A stretch of 64,000 nt of DNA from an uncultured delta proteobacterium (GTDB lineage: Bacteria > Myxococcota > Kuafuiibacteriia > Kuafuiibacteriales > Kuafuiibacteriaceae): positions 448,001-512,000 of the forward strand of contig CAWDML010000003.1 in assembly GCA_963803435.1 (NCBI GenBank). Reading direction: 5' to 3'. The notes below the pieces were generated by a model that was given only the letters and a program-made list of their open reading frames with translations, made no database searches and had not been told where the DNA came from. A program made the translations under genes and the position numbers. Shown here one piece after another: positions 57,457 to 64,000 of this stretch (position 1 is its first letter; each line of letters begins with the position of its first letter).

Positions 57457-59103
57457 ATGGCCGAGAGGAAGAAGAAGAAGGACGTCGTCGAGACAATCGT
57501 GTCCCTGCTCGAGCACGAGGCCCCCGAGCGCCGCGCGGCGGCCGCCATCGTGCTCGGGGAGCTCGCGGTCGACGCGGGTGATGCGCTCGAGGCGCTCCGC
57601 CGGGCGATCAAGCGGGCCGACGATGTGGAGCTGCGCGTGCGGGCCGCCGAGGCGCTGGGTGCCAGCGGCACCAAGACCATCGTGAAGGACCTGCGGCCGC
57701 TCCTGAAGGATCCCGACGATCGCGTGCAGAAGATGGCCAAACACGTGCTCGCGACCAGCGACGCCATCACCACCGAGGACATCGCGACCATGCTGGAGGC
57801 GAAGGACGATCGCCAGCGCATCGGCGCGATCGCGGTCCTGGGCGCGCGCGGTGGTCCCGCCGAGCGGCGCACGCTGATCCAGCAGCTGATCGGCTCGTCC
57901 AACCGGATCGGGGAGGCGGTGGTCGAGGCGCTCGAGCCGATGCTTTCGCATCTCGCGGAGCACGAGATGCACGGCGCGCTCGAGGATCTGCGGGCGCTGC
58001 TCACACCGGAGCTGCTCGCCGACGCCAACCTCGCGGGCCGCGCGGTCGAGCTGCTCTCCTGCATCGCCAGCCCTGAGAGCGCGGTGGCGCTGATCGATCT
58101 GGCCGGGATGGCGACCCACGCGGAGGTGAAGGCGAAGGCCATCACGGCGCTGCGGGTGACGATTGCGGGTAAGAAGCCGGAGCAGCGGGTCTTTCGTTTC
58201 CTCCTCGAGCAGCTCGAGTCCAACGAGAACGATCCCCGGATCGTCCAGGCCGCGGTGGACACGCTCACCGGGTTCGACGTCCCGTTCGCGCTGGAGCCGC
58301 GCGTGCGCAGCCTGATCGGAGCGGAGGCCGCCAACGTGCGGAGGTGGGCGCTGCGTGCCCTCGGCGCGCTCGACACCGCGCCCGCGGCCAAGGCCTTGGG
58401 CGCCGCGGTCAAGGACGGCGATCCAACGGACCGTGCCATCGCGCTGGAGGCGGCGCTGCTGACGCCCAACGGTCGCGCGGCGCTCGCGAAGTCGCTGACG
58501 TCGATGACCGATCCCGAGAAGGCGCGCGCGGTGGCCACGGGCCTCCGGGCTCACTCCGCCGACATCACGCCCTCGACGCTCCACATGCTGGAGGAGGCGG
58601 TGGTCGACACCGAGGCCTCCATCGCGCAGGTGATCATCGAGCTGTTGAAGCACTGCGGGCGGGGCGCCGACAAGGCGCAGGAGAGCTTGCTCGACAAGGC
58701 GATGCGCCTCAAGGCGAAGGGCCAGTGGTCGGACGCCGCCGAGCTCTTCAGACGCATCTGCCAGAGTCGGGACGCCGATCCGGAGGCGCGCTATCAGCTC
58801 GGCATCTGCGAGCTCAAGATGTCCAAGCGCAAGATCACCTCGGGAGGCACGCACGACGCGTGCGTCGAGACCTTCGATCAGCTCACACGCGCGCGCGAGT
58901 TCAACGTGGTCGACCGTCTCTCCGGCGAGACGATCCTCGAGCCGGACGAGCTCTACTATCTCGGCTTCTCGCTGGCGGAAGGGAAGGGGACCGCCCAGAA
59001 TCTGGGCGGCGACATCCTCACCATCCTCTCGGAGCAGACGCGGGATGAGAAGCTGGCTCAGATGGCGAAGAACAAGCTCCAGCGGATGGGATGGCTGGAG
59101 TAG
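57457..59103 (+). CDS. HEAT-repeat protein with C-terminal TPR
   Basis: RAAAAIVLGEL, RAAEALG repeats; ARYQLG. Confidence 0.85.
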   Translation: MAERKKKKDVVETIVSLLEHEAPERRAAAAIVLGELAVDAGDALEALRRAIKRADDVELRVRAAEALGASGTKTIVKDLRPLLKDPDDRVQKMAKHVLATSDAITTEDIATMLEAKDDRQRIGAIAVLGARGGPAERRTLIQQLIGSSNRIGEAVVEALEPMLSHLAEHEMHGALEDLRALLTPELLADANLAGRAVELLSCIASPESAVALIDLAGMATHAEVKAKAITALRVTIAGKKPEQRVFRFLLEQLESNENDPRIVQAAVDTLTGFDVPFALEPRVRSLIGAEAANVRRWALRALGALDTAPAAKALGAAVKDGDPTDRAIALEAALLTPNGRAALAKSLTSMTDPEKARAVATGLRAHSADITPSTLHMLEEAVVDTEASIAQVIIELLKHCGRGADKAQESLLDKAMRLKAKGQWSDAAELFRRICQSRDADPEARYQLGICELKMSKRKITSGGTHDACVETFDQLTRAREFNVVDRLSGETILEPDELYYLGFSLAEGKGTAQNLGGDILTILSEQTRDEKLAQMAKNKLQRMGWLE

Positions 59104-59106
59104 CGG

Positions 59107-59745
59107 ATGATCGACACCACCTGCGTCGACTTCCACCGCGTGCCCGAGGGCGGTCTGGTGGTGCTCCGCATCGAGGGCAGCGCGGTGCGGGTCCTCGACA
59201 ACGGACGGCGCACCGGGCCGCTGGAGCCGGGGATGGTGCTGGCCGTCGGGGAGACGATCGCGCTCGACCGGGGCACGATCGTGGTGGCGAGCGACGTGGT
59301 GATGATCGGCGGCCGCAACGGGCGTGCCCACACGTTCGTCGGTGATCGCGCGTTCCGCTCGTCGCCGTCCCGCGGGGACGTGCCGGCCCTGCTCCGGCAG
59401 TTCGAAGCCCTGGCCGAGGATCCCTTCGCGAGCATCGAGCCTCCCACCACGCCGTACGAGCGGGCCACCACCGGCGACTTCGCCCGGATGAACCTGGAGG
59501 TTCGTGCGGCGCTGGAGCTGTCGGAGCAGACCGCGCGCGCGCTGGGGGCGGTCCCGCTCTTTCTCTCGGAGGAGACCGCATTCGTGGCAATGGCGCGGGT
59601 CGACCTGCCCCGGATGATCCGGTTGATGTCGGAGCTCTCGCGTCCGGTGAACCCGCACTTGGTCCCACCGGAGGTCGTAGAAGAGCTGATCGGGCGCGTT
59701 TACGGCGCCGGTGGCTTCCTTCCGCCCTCCTCGAAATCCGCCTAG
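59107..59745 (+). CDS. hypothetical protein
   Basis: 212-aa ORF in operon position with coding-like codon usage. Confidence 0.65.
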   Translation: MIDTTCVDFHRVPEGGLVVLRIEGSAVRVLDNGRRTGPLEPGMVLAVGETIALDRGTIVVASDVVMIGGRNGRAHTFVGDRAFRSSPSRGDVPALLRQFEALAEDPFASIEPPTTPYERATTGDFARMNLEVRAALELSEQTARALGAVPLFLSEETAFVAMARVDLPRMIRLMSELSRPVNPHLVPPEVVEELIGRVYGAGGFLPPSSKSA

Positions 59746-59756
59746 AATGCGCGCCG

Positions 59757-61058
59757 ATGGCGAGCCTCAACGAGGTCTTCGAGACGGCCGAGACGGCCTT
59801 TCAAGAGCAGAGATGGGAGGAGGCGTTGCGCAAGTACGTCGCGGTCATTCAGGCCGCGCCGCGCTTCACGCGCGCCCGCTACCGGGTGGCGGACACGCTG
59901 CTCAACCTGGGTGATCCAGCGAAGGCGAAGGAGGTCTACAAGGGGCTGGCCTGGCACTACATCAAGTCCGGACATCCGTTGCTCGGACTGGTCGTGTGCA
60001 AGATGGTGCTCGCCCTCGACCCGAGCTACACGGACATGCTCTACATCCTCGCCGAGCTCTACTCCTCGGAGTCGGATCGCGTCGCGGACGTCGACCTGCC
60101 CGAGCCGCTTCCACTGCCCGACGGCGCGCCTGCACCCGACATCCCGAACCTCGACGCCCCCACGCTGCTGGAGACCGCGGCCAAGATCGCGTCCGACACC
60201 GATCCGATCACGGAGGTCCCGCCGCGGTTCCCGCTCATCCCGCTGTTCTCGCACCTGACCGAGGATGCGTTCATCAAGGTGCTCGGGAGCTTGAAGCTCC
60301 GCCGCTGCACCGACTCGCAGAACATCCTGGCCGAGGGCGAGGAGGGCGACTCCTTCTTCATGCTGGCGGACGGCGTAGTGCAGGTGTCGAAGAGCTTCGA
60401 CGGCAAGGACACCGTCCTCGCCCACTTGCACCAGGGCGCCGTGTTCGGCGAGATGGCGCTGGTCTCCAACGCGCCGCGCGCCGCCACCGTGAAGGCGATG
60501 GGCGACGTGGATCTGCTGGAGCTGGCGAGGCACGATCTCGAGGAGCACGCGGGCGAGCTCGAGAGTGTGAAGCTGGCCCTCAAGAAGTTCACGCGCGGGC
60601 GCTTCCTGGCCAACCTGGCGGCGACGAGCCCGCTCTTCAAGCCGCTGGACAAGGCGGAGCGACGCGCGCTGATGCAGAAGTTTCAGCCGCAGAAGACGTA
60701 TCCCGGCGACATCATCATCGAGGAGGGTGACGCCGGCAAAGGCATCTACCTGGTGCTGCGCGGCGACTTCAAGGTGACGAAGAAGGACGGCGCGAAGGCC
60801 GTCGAGGTGGCGACGCTCCGAGGGAGCGACGTCTTCGGGGAGATCTCGCTCCTCAACAGCTCGCCGACGACGGCTTCCGTCACCGCCACCACCATCGGCG
60901 AGATCCTGTTCCTCCCCCGTGAGGAGTTTCAGACGGTGATCGACGCCCACCCTTCGGTGAAGGCGACGCTCGATCAGCTCTCGGCCGATCGGATCAAGGA
61001 GCTGAAGAGCGCCGTGGCGAAGGAGCTGACCACGGACGACAGCGGGATCATGATCTAG
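59757..61058 (+). CDS. TPR plus tandem cyclic-nucleotide-binding domain protein
   Basis: FGEMAL....RAATV and FGEISL....TTASV. Confidence 0.92.
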   Translation: MASLNEVFETAETAFQEQRWEEALRKYVAVIQAAPRFTRARYRVADTLLNLGDPAKAKEVYKGLAWHYIKSGHPLLGLVVCKMVLALDPSYTDMLYILAELYSSESDRVADVDLPEPLPLPDGAPAPDIPNLDAPTLLETAAKIASDTDPITEVPPRFPLIPLFSHLTEDAFIKVLGSLKLRRCTDSQNILAEGEEGDSFFMLADGVVQVSKSFDGKDTVLAHLHQGAVFGEMALVSNAPRAATVKAMGDVDLLELARHDLEEHAGELESVKLALKKFTRGRFLANLAATSPLFKPLDKAERRALMQKFQPQKTYPGDIIIEEGDAGKGIYLVLRGDFKVTKKDGAKAVEVATLRGSDVFGEISLLNSSPTTASVTATTIGEILFLPREEFQTVIDAHPSVKATLDQLSADRIKELKSAVAKELTTDDSGIMI

Positions 61059-61124
61059 GAGCGTGTAGCGCGTAAGCGCTCACGCGACCCCGGTCCGGGT
61101 CCCGGTCCCGGTCCGGGTCCCGAT
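61057..61124. repeat. left arm of long inverted repeat containing GGTCC(C/G) hexamer tandem
   Basis: 68 nt; reverse complement of 61661..61727 with 4 mismatches and 1 indel. Confidence 0.95.
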
Positions 61125-61286
61125 CTGAAGATGGCTGCCTTGAGTCAGACGCTCGCGACGGTCGCGAGCTTCGATCGGATCAAGTCCAGGCGTCGAAGTC
61201 GATCCGCCCAACGATCGATTCCAGACGAAACGACCTCCAAGAACTTCTGCTGGTCAAAGTGGACGCGCTACCGCAAGCTAGCTTGC

Positions 61287-61655
61287 ATGGTCACTTTCGA
61301 TCACGAGAAGCTCGAGGTCTACCAGCTCGCCGTCGAGTATGCCGACATCGCTGAAGAGATCGCACAAGAACTGCAACCCGGTCACGCTCACGTCCGCGAT
61401 CAGCTTCGGCGGGCATCCGATTCCATCGTGAACAACACCGCCGAGGGCGCCGGAGAGTTCAATCCACCTGAGAAGGCTCGCTTCTGCCGGATGGCACTTC
61501 GCTCTGGCACCGAAAGCGCCGCCTCACTCCACACCTGCTCGAGGCGCCGACTCGCCAACGAGCAGCAGGTCCAAGCCGCCAGAGCCAAGCTCAAGCGCGT
61601 TGTCGAGATGCTCACGCGCCTCATCAAGTCGATGAACGCACGCCGGGCTGCATGA
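61287..61655 (+). CDS. four-helix-bundle protein (23S rRNA intervening-sequence protein / Avd-like)
   Basis: F.HEKLEVYQ.A, DQLRRA..SI..N.AEG, F..MA..S..E motifs; 122 aa. Confidence 0.93.
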   Translation: MVTFDHEKLEVYQLAVEYADIAEEIAQELQPGHAHVRDQLRRASDSIVNNTAEGAGEFNPPEKARFCRMALRSGTESAASLHTCSRRRLANEQQVQAARAKLKRVVEMLTRLIKSMNARRAA

Positions 61656-61660
61656 TCGCC

Positions 61661-61727
61661 ATCGGGACCGGGACCGGGACCGGGACCCGGACCGGGCTCG
61701 CGGTAGCGCTACGCGCTACACGCTCCT
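61661..61727. repeat. right arm of long inverted repeat containing GGGACC hexamer tandem
   Basis: 67 nt; starts 5 nt after the four-helix-bundle stop codon. Confidence 0.95.
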
Positions 61728-61771
61728 CGGGCTCAAACAGCACGGTCGACCGCGACGGTGACGGGGACCGC

Positions 61772-62245
61772 CTACTCGGTGGGTACGCGCTGCCAGATCG
61801 CGGACTGATCCCCCTCGTACACCGTGCTCGCGTTCTGCTTGAACGCGAAGCTGTACCGGATGAAGTACTGCTCCCGGATCTTGCGGATGCGGGTGGCCAT
61901 GCACTCCAGGAGCAGCGGGTCGCGGGTGTTGGCCAGGGCGTTGTAGCGTGCGTCGTGGATCCGCACGCCGTAGCCGATCCAGCCCTCGGCGTGTCTGAGG
62001 CCCAGGACGTAGTAGCTATGGACGAAGGCGACCATGCCGGTCATGTGGACCATCAGGCCGCCGGAGACGTGGGAGGGATGCCGGGTTTCGTGCGTGCGCT
62101 GGGCGCGCGTGATGGGGAGCTCCGGTGACGTCGGCATGCGGGCCCGGACGAGGTTCTGGTCGGCTCGGATCTCCAGGATCTCGTCGATCAGCATTCCGTC
62201 GGGCCCATACGGGCAGTCGTCGATGAAGGCCTGCTCGAGAGGCAT
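61772..62245 (-). CDS. hotdog-fold (FabZ-like) protein
   Basis: CPYGPDGMLIDEILEI resembles the FabZ N-terminus; HVSG motif. Confidence 0.6.
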   Translation of the reverse strand: MPLEQAFIDDCPYGPDGMLIDEILEIRADQNLVRARMPTSPELPITRAQRTHETRHPSHVSGGLMVHMTGMVAFVHSYYVLGLRHAEGWIGYGVRIHDARYNALANTRDPLLLECMATRIRKIREQYFIRYSFAFKQNASTVYEGDQSAIWQRVPTE

Positions 62246-62303
62246 GACGGTCGGCCTAGCACGAGATTGACCTGTCTGGCTTCTCGTCGGAGCCTTCGGG
62301 CGG

Positions 62304-63221
62304 GTGTCGACCGTTTGGATCCCGATGATCGCCGTTGCGGTGCTGGGGCTCGGCGTCCTCGTGGCCGTCCTCATGGCGCTGCTCTACACAGCGGTTACCT
62401 TCGCCGTCTGGGTGATCGACCGGCGGGAGGCGGGCGTGCTCTCCGCCGATCCGACGGCCGCCGAGCTGGCGCGCCTTGCCGGCGTGTTCGGTCGCGAGCT
62501 GTTCGCCGCTACCTTCTGCTTCACGCTGCATCCCTTCGGCGCGCTCGACCCGCCGCCACCGAGGACGCGCGACCTCCGTGGGCGTCGTCCGATCCTGTTG
62601 GTCCCGGGCTACACCCAGATGCGGAGCAACTTCTGGTTGCTGGGGGCCCGGCTGTGGGCCGAGGGCCTCGGTCCTCTCTACGCGCTCAATCTCAAGCCCT
62701 GGGACGCCAGCGTGCTCGAGCACGCGGCGCGGCTCTCGGCCCTCATCGACGAGATCATGCACGCGACCGGCGCCCATCAGGTCGACGTGGTGGCGCACTC
62801 GATGGGTGGGCTGGTGGTGCGGGCCGCCGAGGCGGGCCGGGCGACGCCGCGCGTGCGTCGTCTCGTGACCATCGGAACCCCTCATCGTGGGACCCGGGTG
62901 GCGGAGCTGACGACGACGCCCGGCGGGATGGATCTGCGCATTGGATCGGATCTCATCGCCGCGCTTCCGCCGGCGGCGCCCGGGACGATCGTCGCGATCA
63001 GCAGCACGCACGACAACGTGGTGGTGCCGCCGGAGAACGCGCGCATCGGTGAGGGCGGTCGCGACCTGGTCATGGAGGACGTCGGCCACCTGGCGATGCT
63101 GATCGATCCCAAGGTGGCCGAAGAGGTGGCGAAAGCCCTCGGCGAGGACGTGCGGACGGCGGAGAAGGTGCTGGTCCCGCTGCCGCGCAAGCACGCCGTG
63201 ATCGGCGCGGTCCGCGCGTGA
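62304..63221 (+). CDS. membrane-anchored alpha/beta hydrolase (lipase/esterase)
   Basis: PILLVPGY, VAHSMGG, IGTPHRG, DNVV, GHLAML. Confidence 0.9.
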   Translation: MSTVWIPMIAVAVLGLGVLVAVLMALLYTAVTFAVWVIDRREAGVLSADPTAAELARLAGVFGRELFAATFCFTLHPFGALDPPPPRTRDLRGRRPILLVPGYTQMRSNFWLLGARLWAEGLGPLYALNLKPWDASVLEHAARLSALIDEIMHATGAHQVDVVAHSMGGLVVRAAEAGRATPRVRRLVTIGTPHRGTRVAELTTTPGGMDLRIGSDLIAALPPAAPGTIVAISSTHDNVVVPPENARIGEGGRDLVMEDVGHLAMLIDPKVAEEVAKALGEDVRTAEKVLVPLPRKHAVIGAVRA

Positions 63222-63255
63222 CGCGGGCGATCATTCATGCAAGAACCTGAGGTGC

Positions 63256-64000
63256 ATGAATCGGGCGGGGGCTCAGCCGGATCCCCGCGTCCTCTCCGAG
63301 CGCTTCGAACGCCGCGTTCAGGTCGTTGGCGGAAAGGGCGGCGTGGGCCGAACCGCCATTTCGTGCGCTCTTGCGCTGAGAGCGGCCCGGATCGGCAAGC
63401 GAACGTTGCTCCTCGAGGTGGACGCGCCCGACTCGGCCGCCGCCTATCTGGGCGTGGCGCCCGCGGTCGACGAACCCCGTGAGGTGGTGAACAACCTCTG
63501 GCTCTGTCGCATGACTCCGGTCGGCGCGATGCGCGAGTACGCGTTGATGGTGCTCAAGTTCAAGGCCCTCTACAACCTCGTCTTCGAGAACCGGATGGTG
63601 AAGTACCTCCTGCGATCGATCCCATCGCTCGGAGAATTCACCATGCTCGGCAAGACCTGGTTTCACACCACCGAGACGATCTCCGGCGGTGCCCCCAAGT
63701 ACGAGCAGATCATCGTGGATGCGCCGGCGACCGGCCATGCGATCACGTACCTCTCGGTGGCCCGCACGGTCGCCGAGATCGCGCCCAAGGGGATCATGAA
63801 GAACGCCGCCGAGCGCATGGCGCAGATGGTCGAGGACCCCGACCAGACCTGCCTGCACGTGGTGGCCCTCCCCGAGGAGATGCCGGTGAACGAGGGGGTC
63901 GATCTGCTGGGCGTCGCGCGGCGTCGGCTGAAGATGGCTCCGGGAGTCGCGATCATGAATCGCATGCTCCCGTCGCTGGCCGGGCCCGACGGCCGCGCGC
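63256..64000 (+). CDS. ArsA/Get3-family ATPase, 3' truncated by window edge (absent from the ORF track)
   Basis: Own translation: GGKGGVGRT, TLLLEVD, IIVDAPATGHA, LPEEMPVNE. Confidence 0.88.
   Translation, partial: MNRAGAQPDPRVLSERFERRVQVVGGKGGVGRTAISCALALRAARIGKRTLLLEVDAPDSAAAYLGVAPAVDEPREVVNNLWLCRMTPVGAMREYALMVLKFKALYNLVFENRMVKYLLRSIPSLGEFTMLGKTWFHTTETISGGAPKYEQIIVDAPATGHAITYLSVARTVAEIAPKGIMKNAAERMAQMVEDPDQTCLHVVALPEEMPVNEGVDLLGVARRRLKMAPGVAIMNRMLPSLAGPDGRA

Larger units (their letters stand above)
61057..61727. mobile_element. putative inverted-repeat-bounded four-helix-bundle cassette (mobility inferred)
   Basis: Long terminal IRs enclosing one gene, visibly lower GC than the flanks, between convergent genes; no transposase or target duplication seen. 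Confidence 0.5.

Noticed and set aside
61088-61124. CRISPR array
   Set aside because: Short hexamer tandem with no spacers and no cas genes
61057-61727. Diversity-generating retroelement (Avd-like gene)
   Set aside because: No reverse transcriptase and no TR/VR pair with adenine-specific mismatches in the window
61652-62128. ORF beginning MIAIGTGTGTGT
   Set aside because: Translation of the repeat arm plus the antisense of the hotdog-fold gene

Overview
High-GC chromosomal window, very probably from a Myxococcota bacterium (MYXO-CTERM tail, Myxococcus cysteine-rich repeats, FHA-TPR, AgmX-like and DUF4388-like genes). It holds about 47 genes. I found no rRNA, tRNA, CRISPR array, transposase or integrase. 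Housekeeping/envelope genes (PBP1A, PMCA-type P-ATPase, pspA, NlpC/P60, tamB-tamA, rsmG, RluA-type, ArsA-type) surround three accessory modules. (1) About 26.0-35.9 kb: a signalling block with a ThiF(E1-like)-nitroreductase fusion, a PilZ/GNAT-like fusion, a membrane hybrid kinase, three receiver proteins and a sigma54-promoter-driven PilZ gene, possibly a make-and-sense small-molecule system. (2) About 41.6-49.8 kb: a sigma54 activator/STAS pair converging on an operon of four beta-propeller lipoproteins plus a cytochrome P460-like lipoprotein. (3) 61057-61727: a ~670-bp element in which a four-helix-bundle (23S-IVS/Avd-like) gene is enclosed by 67/68-bp inverted repeats, with no transposase. 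Four genes carry single-base frameshifts, all at GATC-type sites, which suggests methylation-linked sequencing errors. All family calls come from motifs read by eye; no database search was run.
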